Shown here: in pieces, positions 29,528 through 41,173 of the stretch
Position numbering within the stretch: position 1 is the first letter of the stretch
Layout of the letters: each line of letters opens with the position of its first letter
Origin: Nitrospirota bacterium
GTDB lineage: Bacteria; Nitrospirota; Thermodesulfovibrionia; Thermodesulfovibrionales; Dissulfurispiraceae
Reading direction: 5' to 3'
NCBI GenBank assembly: GCA_040754455.1
Contig: JBFMCP010000003.1
Location: 1-64,000 of the forward strand
Length of the DNA: 64,000 nt
Program-made: the position numbers and the translations under genes
The notes under the pieces: generated by a model
Seen by the model: the letters and a program-made list of their open reading frames with translations, nothing else
Told to the model about the DNA's origin: nothing
Databases searched by the model: none

Positions 29528-30358
29528 TTATCGGTAGCTTCTGCGCGCCCCTTCGAGATTATGGACCACCTCGGCGCCTATGAGGAACAGGCATGCCGAA
29601 TAGTACACCCAGAGCAAAAATATAATGAATGCGGAGAGAGGACCATAAACCGCCCCCATCTGTGCCACCTTCGCTACATAGATCGTAAAAAGATGCTTTG
29701 CTGCTTCAAGGAAGACCGCGGTCAGCAGCGCACCTGCTACAGCAGAGCCACACCGCACCTTCCGCCGGGGCAGGAGCGCATAGAGCGTTGCCAGTATCAG
29801 GAAGACCAGAAGAAACGGTACGACAAACCTGATCAGAAATCCGGTGATGGCGCTTATGTGCAGACCGGGAAAGAATTCCCTCGCGACTTTGAGGAGCGGG
29901 ATGATCGAGGTCGCGCCGAAGGAGGCAAGAATAAAGATGAGGATCAACGTAATCGTGAGCAGCGAGAGCACCAGCGTGACAATAAAGTGCCGTCGTGCCT
30001 TTATCTTGAAGATCACATTAATAGCCTCTTCCAGCGACGAAAAGAGCTGGTAGGAGAGGAACCCGTATAGCACAAAGGTAAACGTACCGAGCCCCTTATA
30101 GGAAATCAGCTTTCTCAATTCCTCGGCAATCTTGCGGGTGACATCGGGGAAAAAGCTCATCAGTTTCGCTGAAAAAAACCTGAGCAGCACTTCGTTCTCG
30201 CCAAGGACGTACCCGAAGATCGTGACGAGGAAGAGACAAAAGGGGATCAGGGCCATCATCGAAAAATACGAGAGCGAGCCGGCCAGCATCATCCCTCCGT
30301 CTCTGAAGAAGTCGACAAAACTTCGTGCTATGATGGTCAGATATCGAATGCTCAACAT
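29528..30358 (-). CDS. YihY/BrkB-family inner-membrane protein
   Basis: LAGSLSYFSMMALIP, YGPLSAFIIFLLWVYYS, LIGAEV. Confidence 0.9.
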   Translation of the reverse strand: MLSIRYLTIIARSFVDFFRDGGMMLAGSLSYFSMMALIPFCLFLVTIFGYVLGENEVLLRFFSAKLMSFFPDVTRKIAEELRKLISYKGLGTFTFVLYGFLSYQLFSSLEEAINVIFKIKARRHFIVTLVLSLLTITLILIFILASFGATSIIPLLKVAREFFPGLHISAITGFLIRFVVPFLLVFLILATLYALLPRRKVRCGSAVAGALLTAVFLEAAKHLFTIYVAKVAQMGAVYGPLSAFIIFLLWVYYSACLFLIGAEVVHNLEGARRSYR

Positions 30359-30546
30359 GCACCTTTCGTCCTGCAATGGTAACCATTATACACCATATTT
30401 TCGAACCTTTTTGTAAACGTATGATCACCGGGCATACGAGATGCCGCCCTTCCCTTTGCCCGCGCGCTTTATAATTCTGACAGCAGGCGAAATCTTGACA
30501 TTTTGGGGTCTTACTGGTTATTGTTTAAGATTGCTTTTTGATCCAC

Positions 30547-30622
30547 GGGCAGTTAGCTCAGTCGGTAGAGCAGGGGCCTGAAAAGCCCCGTGTCGGGAGT
30601 TCGATTCTCTCACTGCCCACCA
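30547..30622 (+). tRNA. tRNA-Phe(GAA)
   Basis: GGGCAGT/ACTGCCC acceptor stem, GGGGC-CTGAAAA-GCCCC anticodon arm, encoded CCA; 76 nt. Confidence 0.96.
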
Positions 30623-30837
30623 TCTCCTCTTCCCCTCCGTTCAGACAGCACCGTCATCTGTCGGCTCATCCGGAATCCCTTGTTCAATTGGTAAATTTTT
30701 TGTAGACTCCAGGAAACGAATTATATATTATATAATTACCTTTTAATAACCCTTAACTCGGAAAGGAGGTAAACGCACCCGCAGCACAACCGGATAATGC
30801 AAAGGACTTACAGTAAGAGCAAGCCGATGCAAAATCC

Positions 30838-30867
30838 TTGACAAGAAAAGTAGTTGTAGTGTAAGAT
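30838..30867 (+). promoter_or_regulatory. Sigma70 promoter of speD
   Basis: TTGACA-N18-TAAGAT; the palindrome GTGTAAG-N8-CTTACAC overlaps the -10. Confidence 0.55.
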
Positions 30868-30930
30868 GTAAGGCTTACACACTGAAAGGAGCGGTTGCTC
30901 CTTCGATTCTTCACTGAAGGAGGGAGAGGA

Positions 30931-31341
30931 TTGAATGCTTTAGGTACCCATCTTTTGGTAGAATTGAGGGACTGTAATCCTGAGATTCTGAAAAATCTAA
31001 ACCAAGTAAAAGGTGCGTTAGTCTCCGCAGCAAAGGAAGCACGAGCAACGATCATCGACGTATCGTTCCACGAATTCAACCCCTTCGGAATCAGCGGCAT
31101 GGTAGTGATCGCCGAATCACACCTCTCTATTCATACCTGGCCCGAATACTCGTATGCAGCAGTCGATATCTTCACTTGTGGCGATATCATCAAGCCCGAG
31201 GTCGCCGCGCAGTTCCTGATCAACCGCTTCGAGAGCAAGAACCCGTCGATCGTTGAATTGAAGCGGGGGATCGTCTCGCACTCGAACGAGAAGCTTCCGC
31301 ACAAGGTGTGCAGCACCGAAGAGCTTCAGATGGCGTCGTAA
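30931..31341 (+). CDS. speD: S-adenosylmethionine decarboxylase proenzyme (class IB)
   Basis: LGTHLLVEL, GMVVIAE|SHLSIHTWPE, DIFTCG; likely TTG start after GAAGGAG. Confidence 0.95.
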   Translation: MNALGTHLLVELRDCNPEILKNLNQVKGALVSAAKEARATIIDVSFHEFNPFGISGMVVIAESHLSIHTWPEYSYAAVDIFTCGDIIKPEVAAQFLINRFESKNPSIVELKRGIVSHSNEKLPHKVCSTEELQMAS

Positions 31342-31444
31342 GGAGCAACAGAAGGCTCCTTCTGCGCAGTCAGCGGAAAGAGCACCGGTCAGAGAAGAAA
31401 GAGGAGTTCATGAAAGCGCTCCTTCTTGGTTGTACCGATAAATA

Positions 31445-31480
31445 AAAGAGGGTAGTCTCCAACAGGGGCTACCCTCTTCT
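31445..31480. terminator. Bidirectional terminator between speD and pgk
   Basis: AAGAGGGTAG...CTACCCTCTT stem flanked by A/T runs. Confidence 0.75.
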
Positions 31481-31498
31481 TCTATTCATCCAAGAACG

Positions 31499-32728
31499 TT
31501 ATTTCTTGTCAGTCAATGCTGAAATGCCCGGAAGATCCTTCCCCTCGAGCAACTGCAGCGATGCGCCGCCGCCGGTCGAGATGAAGGTGATGGCGTCACT
31601 CACCCCTGCCTTGTGCACCGCATAGTCCGTATCGCCGCCGCCGACGATCGTCAGCGCATAGGCATCGGCAACAGCGTGGGCGATGGCAAAGGTCCCCCGC
31701 GAGAAGGCGTCGATCTCGAAGACGCCCATCGGCCCGTTCCATATGATGGTCTTTGCATTCTGCAGCGCCTCTGAAAAGAGCTTGACTGACGCCGGCCCGA
31801 TATCGAGGGCGCGCCAGCCTTTCGGAATCTCCTGTGTCGTAACGATTTTGGTTTCCGCCCCCGCCTCTATGCTCTGTGCGATCACGCTGTCGACAGGAAG
31901 ATAGAACTTGACATCGTTCTTTTTGAGGTTGTCGATAATGCTCTTGGCGAGGTCGAACATCTCCGGCTCCACCAGCGAGTCACCGATCTCGTATCCCATG
32001 GCTTTAATAAAAGTATAGGCCATGCCGCCGCCGACGATAACCTTATCGACCTTGTTTGCAAGGTTCTCGAGCACGCCGATCTTGCCCGATACCTTTGCCC
32101 CGCCGAGAATCGCTACAAAGGGCCGCACCGGATTTTCGACCACGCCCTTGAGGTATTCGATCTCCTTCTTCATGAGGAAGCCAGCAGCCGAAGGAAGGAA
32201 CTTCGTAATGCCCGCTGTCGAGGCATGGGCCCGGTGCGCTGCTCCGAAGGCGTCATTGACATAGATGTCGGCCAGTTTGGCGAGCGCCTTTGAAAAGGAC
32301 TCATCGTTCTTTTCTTCTTCAGGGTGGAATCGAAGGTTCTCGAGGAGGAGGACATCTCCCTCCTTCATCTTTTCGACAAGGTGCTCCACCTGGGAGCCGA
32401 CGCAATCAGGGGCGAAGATCACTTCCTTGTTCAAGAGACGCTGAAGTCTCTTGGCGACCGGAGCGAGGCTGAAGCGCGGTTCAACCTTGCCCTTCGGCCT
32501 CCCCAGATGAGATGCCAGAATCACCTTTGCGCCTTCGTCGATAGCGTAATTGATGGTCGGAAGCGTCGAGCGTATCCTGCTGTCATCGGTAATGATCATA
32601 TTATCATCAAGAGGAACGTTGAAGTCAGCCCGAATAAAGACCCTCTTCCCCTTGATCGGGACATCCTCAATGGTGAGCTTGCCGAGAATATCCTTTATGC
32701 CAGCCGGCACATCCCCTCTCCTCGCCAT
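31499..32728 (-). CDS. pgk: Phosphoglycerate kinase
   Basis: [33 protein letters not shown]. Confidence 0.97.
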   Translation of the reverse strand: MARRGDVPAGIKDILGKLTIEDVPIKGKRVFIRADFNVPLDDNMIITDDSRIRSTLPTINYAIDEGAKVILASHLGRPKGKVEPRFSLAPVAKRLQRLLNKEVIFAPDCVGSQVEHLVEKMKEGDVLLLENLRFHPEEEKNDESFSKALAKLADIYVNDAFGAAHRAHASTAGITKFLPSAAGFLMKKEIEYLKGVVENPVRPFVAILGGAKVSGKIGVLENLANKVDKVIVGGGMAYTFIKAMGYEIGDSLVEPEMFDLAKSIIDNLKKNDVKFYLPVDSVIAQSIEAGAETKIVTTQEIPKGWRALDIGPASVKLFSEALQNAKTIIWNGPMGVFEIDAFSRGTFAIAHAVADAYALTIVGGGDTDYAVHKAGVSDAITFISTGGGASLQLLEGKDLPGISALTDKK

Positions 32729-32730
32729 GG

Positions 32731-35011
<2,281 letters not shown>

Positions 35012-35132
35012 TTCAGTAAGTTTTAGTGTTCCTGTATGCTTTAGATCTTATAACAAAGAGAGACGTAAAGTTTTTTATATTAGCATGAAACTGGTGGGAA
35101 TTCAATAAGTAATGGTAGAATAACATTGAATC

Positions 35133-36728
35133 ATGAAAAGCAACAACCTAACGCTTGGGGTAAGGTTCGGCTTTATCATAGGTATTATTCTCTTCCTGTT
35201 TTCCGCCTTCTTTTCCCTCATTCTCTATCAGTATTTGAAAACACAGGTGATCAAAGATGCTCGGGAAAAAACAGTGATCATTATGACACAGGTGAAGGCA
35301 TTGGGGGGATACGTCAAGGAAGAGCTGCGTCCAAAGATGTTCGAGCTACTCTCCAAAGCAGGGCTCGAGGAATCCTTTGTCGCCGAGGCAATGTCTTCGA
35401 CCCATGTGAACCTCCACGTCATGAAGCGCTTCAACAAGGAGCTCCCCGATTATATCTACAAGAGGGTTTCCGACACTCCGCTCAACCATGAGAATCGGGC
35501 TGACGAATTCCATCGTCAGATGCTCGATTATTTTAGGAGAAACAGGACCGACCTCTCATGGAAAGGTCTGGTGACTGCGGGAAAACAACAATCGATTATT
35601 TACGTCCTCCCTATTGTTGCAGATCGCTCGTGCCTGGCCTGCCATGGCGAGAAAGCTGCCGCGCTGAAAGCCATCGTCGATCGCTACGGGGATTCGGGCA
35701 GTTTCGGATGGAAGGAGAATACCGTCGTCGGCGTCGAGTCTGTCTCGATACCCCTTACCGTAGCGTTTGCTCATATACGGCAGACTGCCATCGATACCTT
35801 TGTCTTCGGCACATCCACGCTCGGCATACTCTTTTTCGCCCTCACCGGAATATTCAAGTTTCTTGTGACGGCGCCCCTGAATAATCTCTCAAGGTTTTTC
35901 AGAAGCATTGCCAAAGGAGAAGAGCCGCTCGGCAAAAAAATGCCTATTGACCGCCATGACGAAATAGGAGACCTCACCGAATCGTTCAATATTCTTGCGA
36001 AGCACCTCCTGGATGCCCAGGAGCGGCTGAAGCGGACAGCAGCTATTGAGAAGCAGATGATGGAGACCGAAAAGCTCGCGGCCCTCGGCCAGCTCTCGGC
36101 AGGCGTTGCACATGAGATCAACAACCCGCTGGGGGGAATACGTCTCTGCTTCAACAACCTCTTGAATACCGAGATGAGTGAGGAGGCAAGGAGGCAGCAC
36201 GTTGATACGATAACAAAGGGGTTTGACAGGATCCAGAATATCGTAAAGCAGCTCCTCAGTTTCTCCAAAAACACGCCTTTGAGTATCGCGCCTTCTTCCA
36301 TCAATACGATTATCGAGAATGTCCTGAGCCTCACCGAGTATGTAATCGCCCAAAAGGGGATCCGCCTCGTTAAAGGGCTTTCTGAAATTCCTGATCTGAT
36401 GGTCGACGCCAACAAGCTCGAACAGGTGTTTCTCAATCTTATTATTAATGCCGTTCAGGCCATGGAGAGCGGCGGTACGCTGACGATCAGGAGCTGGTAC
36501 CGTGAAACTACCTGTACCGTATCGGTAAGCGATACAGGAAAGGGAATTCCTCGTGATATAATCAGCAAGATATATGATCCCTTCTTCACCACAAAAGAGG
36601 TGGGAGAGGGGACAGGGCTCGGTCTTACGGTGAGCAAGGCGATTATCGAACAGCACAAAGGCAGCATCACGGTCGAAACATCAGGGGAAGGGACGACCTT
36701 CACTGTCACGTTACCTATCGCACCATGA
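35133..36728 (+). CDS. Histidine kinase with periplasmic Tll0287/DUF3365-like heme c sensor
   Basis: CLACH between TMs, [28 protein letters not shown]. Confidence 0.88.
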   Translation: MKSNNLTLGVRFGFIIGIILFLFSAFFSLILYQYLKTQVIKDAREKTVIIMTQVKALGGYVKEELRPKMFELLSKAGLEESFVAEAMSSTHVNLHVMKRFNKELPDYIYKRVSDTPLNHENRADEFHRQMLDYFRRNRTDLSWKGLVTAGKQQSIIYVLPIVADRSCLACHGEKAAALKAIVDRYGDSGSFGWKENTVVGVESVSIPLTVAFAHIRQTAIDTFVFGTSTLGILFFALTGIFKFLVTAPLNNLSRFFRSIAKGEEPLGKKMPIDRHDEIGDLTESFNILAKHLLDAQERLKRTAAIEKQMMETEKLAALGQLSAGVAHEINNPLGGIRLCFNNLLNTEMSEEARRQHVDTITKGFDRIQNIVKQLLSFSKNTPLSIAPSSINTIIENVLSLTEYVIAQKGIRLVKGLSEIPDLMVDANKLEQVFLNLIINAVQAMESGGTLTIRSWYRETTCTVSVSDTGKGIPRDIISKIYDPFFTTKEVGEGTGLGLTVSKAIIEQHKGSITVETSGEGTTFTVTLPIAP

Positions 36729-38080
36729 AGAAGCATATTCTCATCATTGAAGACGATCCGATCATGCGGCTCGGCATGAGCCACTTCCTGACCGCCCAGG
36801 ATTACGAGGTATCTCTCTACACCAATGGAAATGAGGGGCTCGATGCTCTCCGAAAAAATACCTATGACCTCGTCATCACCGATCTCAAGCTGCCCGGCAG
36901 GGATGGTTTTGCGATCCTCAAAGAGGCAAAAGAGACAACCCCGAAGACAGGGGTCATCATCATTACCGGCTATGCTGAAGTAAAGGGAGCTGTACAGGCA
37001 ATGAAGGACGGCGCTTTTGACTATATTGCAAAACCCTTCACCAACGAAGAGCTCCTCATTGCAATCGAACGGTTCTTTAAGTTCCAGGGGCTCGAAGATG
37101 AAGTGCTCTATCTGAGAGAGACCCTGAAAGAGCGCGATACCTGCCAGGAGCTTATCGGCATCAGTCCTGCTATAAATGATGTAAAAAGCCGCATCGAGGC
37201 GGTGGCGGGCACGGATATCCCGGTGCTCATCCAGGGAGAGAGCGGCACCGGCAAAGAGCTCGTCGCGAATGCGATCCACCGGCTCAGCGGAAGGGGCAAT
37301 AAGCCCTTTATCAAAATAAACTGCGCTGCCATACCCGAAACGCTCTTCGAATCGGAGCTCTTCGGATACGAGAAGGGGGCCTTCACCGGGGCAACGGAAG
37401 CGAGAAAGGGAAAATTTGAATTCGCCGGCAGCGGCACCATCTTCTTTGACGAAATCGGTGATATACCGCTCTCGCTGCAATCAAAGCTCTTGAGGGTCCT
37501 GGAGGATAATGTCATCACCAGGCTCGGTGGGAACACCTCTATAAAGGTTGATGTAAGGAGCATCTACGCGACCAGCAAAAACCTGAAAGAGCGCGTTGCT
37601 GCGGGGAGTTTCAGAGATGACCTCTTCTATCGGATCAATGTAGTACCCATCATCATTCCACCGCTCAGAGAGCGGAGAGAGGATATTCAGCCCCTTATCA
37701 ATAGCTTCCTTGGGTGTTTCAGGGAAAAATTCGGCAAGAAGGGCCTGACGCTGTCACAGCCTGCTCTCGATGCCCTTCTCTCTTACCATTACCCGGGAAA
37801 TGTGCGGGAGCTGAAGCATGCTATCGAGCAGGCAGCAGTGCTCTCGAAGGATGGCCTCATCACCCTGAAGCACCTCCCTAATGAAATCTCCGGTGCAGCC
37901 GAGATAATTCCCTGCATTAAGGAAAACCTCTCGCTCGAGGAGAGCGTGAAGTGCTTTGAGCGGCAAAAAATCGTCAAAGCCCTCAATGATGCAGGAGGAA
38001 GAAAGATCGAGGCTGCCAGGCTCCTCGGCATCAGCAGAAAAGTCCTCTGGAAAAAGCTTAAAAAGTATGCATTAGAATAA
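36725..38080 (+). CDS. Sigma54-dependent response regulator
   Basis: REC domain, GESGTGKEL, GAFTGA, YPGNVREL, HTH. Confidence 0.93.
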   Translation: MKKHILIIEDDPIMRLGMSHFLTAQDYEVSLYTNGNEGLDALRKNTYDLVITDLKLPGRDGFAILKEAKETTPKTGVIIITGYAEVKGAVQAMKDGAFDYIAKPFTNEELLIAIERFFKFQGLEDEVLYLRETLKERDTCQELIGISPAINDVKSRIEAVAGTDIPVLIQGESGTGKELVANAIHRLSGRGNKPFIKINCAAIPETLFESELFGYEKGAFTGATEARKGKFEFAGSGTIFFDEIGDIPLSLQSKLLRVLEDNVITRLGGNTSIKVDVRSIYATSKNLKERVAAGSFRDDLFYRINVVPIIIPPLRERREDIQPLINSFLGCFREKFGKKGLTLSQPALDALLSYHYPGNVRELKHAIEQAAVLSKDGLITLKHLPNEISGAAEIIPCIKENLSLEESVKCFERQKIVKALNDAGGRKIEAARLLGISRKVLWKKLKKYALE

Positions 38081-38129
38081 GTTCCCAAAAGGAAACACCC
38101 GCTGCACCAAATGTTCCCCTCCGGGAACG
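38081..38129. promoter_or_regulatory. Two palindromic enhancer (UAS) sites
   Basis: GTTCCC-AAAA-GGAAAC and GTTCCC-CTCC-GGGAAC, about 55-100 nt upstream of a sigma54 promoter. Confidence 0.6.
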
Positions 38130-38182
38130 TGACCTATCCTGCTTTCTTTTCAATTCTCTTAATTCCCAGCAGCTTAACAACG

Positions 38183-38198
38183 TGGTATTTTATTTGCT
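38183..38198 (+). promoter_or_regulatory. Sigma54 (-24/-12) promoter
   Basis: TGGTATTTTATTTGCT = GG-N10-GC. Confidence 0.65.
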
Positions 38199-38345
38199 AA
38201 CAATTTTGTGTGCAATAAAAGCACCTATCAAAGATAAAAGGATAGTGTGCGACTACCTTTGAATTTAAGGAGGTGATAGCGGTACGAACATAGCAGGGCA
38301 AAGGGGGTTTTAGAACCGTTTCTTGAACAAAAAGGGGGTTTATGC

Positions 38346-40163
38346 ATGCAAGAAAAACGTATCGATGAAGACAAATTGACTGAAGCGCACTGCGACAATC
38401 CCGAAACGTGCAAGCCTGCACCAAAAAAAGGGATCAGCGAGGACTGGCTCTCCTTGATACTTGGTCTGTTTATCTTTGTCCTTTCTCTCGGGGTATTTGG
38501 CGGAGTAGATATACTCGGATGGGGAATCAGCACCAAGATATGGACGGACCCTGCAAAAGCAACCGCTCCCGTATCAAAAACCTACCAATCAGTAAAAGGC
38601 GAGATCACCAAAATCGACGGTCAGAAGCTTACCTTGAAAAAGGCTGACGGCAAGGAGGAGACGATTACCGTTAAAGAAGACACCTCCGGGCTTAAGGTCG
38701 GCGACAAGTATGAGAAGAAAGGCCTGTCCGGCATTGCCTCGCTGGTACTCACCTATCTTGTTATGATGGTCATTATGGGGATAGGCGCAAAGATGTTAGG
38801 CACCGATGTCAAGAAATTCGCGATCGGCTTCACCCTCGTATTCTGGATAGGCTATCTCTGCTGGTTCCTTGGCCACTATGCGTATATAGCTGCGACAAAG
38901 AACCAGTTGAAAAACTTCAACATTCCCTGGTCTTTGAGCCTGACCGGTGAGGCAGGATTCATTATCGCCCTTATTGCGGGACTGGTCGTAGGGAACTTCT
39001 TTCCGAAGCTCTCTGAGACATTGAAAGAGGCTTCAAGGCCCGAGCTCTATATAAAAACCGCTATCGTTATCATGGGAGCAGGGTTGGGTCTGAAGTCAGC
39101 CGAGTCGCTGAGCCTTGCAACGAACGTTATGTTCAGAGGTCTCTGCGCTATTGTTGAAGCCTACCTGATTTACTGGGCGGTCGTCTACTTCGTCGCACGC
39201 AAGTACTTCAAGTTCAGCAGGGAATGGGCGGCACCCCTCGCTTCTGGCATATCGATCTGCGGTGTCTCTGCATCAATAGCAACGGGTGGCGCCATCAGGG
39301 CACGTCCGGTGGTGCCGATCATGGTTTCATCGCTGGTCGTTATCTTCGCCGTGGTTGAGATGATCATTCTTCCCTTCATCGCCCAGACGACCCTTTGGAG
39401 CGAGCCGCTGGTAGCAGGCGCCTGGATGGGGCTTGCCGTCAAGACCGACGGCGGCGCCGTAGCGAGCGGCGCGATCACCGACGCACTCATCAGGGCAAAG
39501 GCGCTCGAAATGGAAGGAATCAACTACAAGGCCGACTGGATAACGATGACCGCCACTACCGTAAAGATGTTCATCGATATCTTCATCGGCATATGGGCAT
39601 TCATCCTCGCCATAATCTGGTGCACGAAGATCGAATGCAAGGAAGGACAGAAGGTCCAGCCCATCGAGATCTGGCACCGTTTCCCGAAATTCGTCATCGG
39701 CTATGCCCTTACGTTCTTCCTCATCCTGGCAATCTGCTGGCCGGCAGCCAATGCGATATCGCCGGTCGACAAGGAAATTAAAACAGCAAAGGATGAAATT
39801 GCGTCGATAGAGAAGCAGCTCCCCGCTACAACGGATCCCGCAGCGAAAGCGGCGTTAACCGCTAAGATGAACGCTGCCAAAGACAGAATCAAGGGGCTTG
39901 AGGCAGAGATCAAAGCGCCGAAGGCTACCATGGCTGCAGCAAAGACCGCAACGGATGAGGGCAACGTCTTCAGAGTCATGTTCTTTGTCCTCACCTTCTT
40001 CACCATCGGTATCGTCTCCAATTTCAAGAAGCTGTGGGAAGAGGGTATCGGCAAACTTGCGGCGGTGTATATACTCTGCCTCTTCGGCTTCATCATCTGG
40101 ATAGGGCTCTTCATATCATGGCTCTTCTTCCATGGCGTGAAGCCGCCGGTCATCACGGGATAG
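38346..40163 (+). CDS. YeiH/COG2855 putative sulfate-exporter family transporter
   Basis: EDWLSLILGL, RPELYIKTAIV, LASGISICGVSASIATG, FPKFVIGY. Confidence 0.85.
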   Translation: MQEKRIDEDKLTEAHCDNPETCKPAPKKGISEDWLSLILGLFIFVLSLGVFGGVDILGWGISTKIWTDPAKATAPVSKTYQSVKGEITKIDGQKLTLKKADGKEETITVKEDTSGLKVGDKYEKKGLSGIASLVLTYLVMMVIMGIGAKMLGTDVKKFAIGFTLVFWIGYLCWFLGHYAYIAATKNQLKNFNIPWSLSLTGEAGFIIALIAGLVVGNFFPKLSETLKEASRPELYIKTAIVIMGAGLGLKSAESLSLATNVMFRGLCAIVEAYLIYWAVVYFVARKYFKFSREWAAPLASGISICGVSASIATGGAIRARPVVPIMVSSLVVIFAVVEMIILPFIAQTTLWSEPLVAGAWMGLAVKTDGGAVASGAITDALIRAKALEMEGINYKADWITMTATTVKMFIDIFIGIWAFILAIIWCTKIECKEGQKVQPIEIWHRFPKFVIGYALTFFLILAICWPAANAISPVDKEIKTAKDEIASIEKQLPATTDPAAKAALTAKMNAAKDRIKGLEAEIKAPKATMAAAKTATDEGNVFRVMFFVLTFFTIGIVSNFKKLWEEGIGKLAAVYILCLFGFIIWIGLFISWLFFHGVKPPVITG

Positions 40164-40187
40164 CACGACAAAAAGGAGGATATAGTC

Positions 40188-40373
40188 ATGGCTGAAATAA
40201 AAGCAACGGCAGCAGGACAACCGAAACTTTCTGAAGAGTTGAAGAAGATGGATGCCGAATACGAGCCGCTGCTTCCGGTGGAGAAAAAGCTGATCGGCTG
40301 GAGCGTCGGCCTGGGCGTCGGGCTGCTCTTTTTTCTTTACTGGGTGAGCAGCACCTTCTTCGGAGGCCACTGA
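40188..40373 (+). CDS. Small single-TM protein co-transcribed with the transporter
   Basis: Strong SD AAGGAGG; EYEPLLPVEKKLIGWSVGLG followed by one TM. Confidence 0.75.
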   Translation: MAEIKATAAGQPKLSEELKKMDAEYEPLLPVEKKLIGWSVGLGVGLLFFLYWVSSTFFGGH

Positions 40374-40382
40374 CAACATTAC

Positions 40383-40412
40383 GCCTCCCGTCTCCGAGCC
40401 GGAGGCGGGAGG
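40383..40412. terminator. GC-rich hairpin between convergent genes
   Basis: GCCTCCCGTCTCCG-AGC-CGGAGGCGGGAGGC. Confidence 0.65.
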
Positions 40413-40417
40413 CATAC

Positions 40418-40681
40418 CTAAAACCTCATTTCATGGTAGAGCCGCTCTATCTCCCGCGCTCTCTCTTCCCACCGCTTCAGCGCATTGTATTCTTTAAGCC
40501 AGGCGGAGGCATCTCTTTCGCTTGTCGTTAGATTGCCGCTGCTCTGTTTTTGAATAAACTCCTCTGTGGTCATGCCATGCTTTTCTTCGAACTTCCGCAG
40601 CGTTTTGCGGATCTTCTGCACTATCTTTCTGCAGGAGTTCAGCTCCCGTGAGAGAGAAATGGCATATTCATCGGTGTGCAT
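40418..40681 (-). CDS. Hypothetical protein
   Basis: SD-preceded ORF after nrdR; helical, with an LRKFEEKHGMTTEEF motif. Confidence 0.65.
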   Translation of the reverse strand: MHTDEYAISLSRELNSCRKIVQKIRKTLRKFEEKHGMTTEEFIQKQSSGNLTTSERDASAWLKEYNALKRWEERAREIERLYHEMRF

Positions 40682-40700
40682 TCCCTCGTCACCCCATAAT

Positions 40701-41171
40701 TTACTTCTTCTTCAATTCCTTCATATCGAAGAGGGCCTTTACCTCTTCCATGAGGTCGTTGATATCCTTGAACTGCCGGTAGACCGAGGCAAAGCGTACA
40801 TAGGCGACCTTGTCGAGCTCTTTGAGGGCCGCCATGATCTCCTCTCCCACCCAGGAGCTGTTGATCTCCTTGACTCCCATGCTCATCAGCTTTTTCTGAA
40901 TAGAGTTCTCTACCTCTTCGAGTTTAGAAATGGGGATCGGCCGCTTTTCGCAGGCCTTCTTGAGGCCGGTGAGTATTTTGTGGCTGTCGAAGAACTCCCG
41001 GCTCCCGTCTTTCTTGATGACCATGGGGAGGGGGTCTTCGACCCGTTCATAGGAGGTGAACCGCTGCGCACATTTGAGACACTCCCGGCGGCGGCGAATG
41101 ACGTCGCCCTCTTTGCTCGTCCTGGAATCGATGACCTTGTCCTCAATGCTGCCGCAGAAAGGGCATTTCAT
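40701..41171 (-). CDS. nrdR: Transcriptional repressor NrdR
   Basis: MKCPFC, IRRRRECLKC, RFTSYE, ATP-cone VAYVRFASVY. Confidence 0.97.
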   Translation of the reverse strand: MKCPFCGSIEDKVIDSRTSKEGDVIRRRRECLKCAQRFTSYERVEDPLPMVIKKDGSREFFDSHKILTGLKKACEKRPIPISKLEEVENSIQKKLMSMGVKEINSSWVGEEIMAALKELDKVAYVRFASVYRQFKDINDLMEEVKALFDMKELKKK

Positions 41172-41173
41172 GG

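Noticed and set aside
27005..30622. tRNA-anchored integrative element
   Set aside because: No integrase and no duplicated tRNA 3' end; both tRNA 3' ends point away from the region.
31410..31445. 11-aa ORF MKALLLGCTDK with an SD after speD
   Set aside because: Too short to support; the SD lies in a hairpin, so it is treated as part of the RNA-structure finding.
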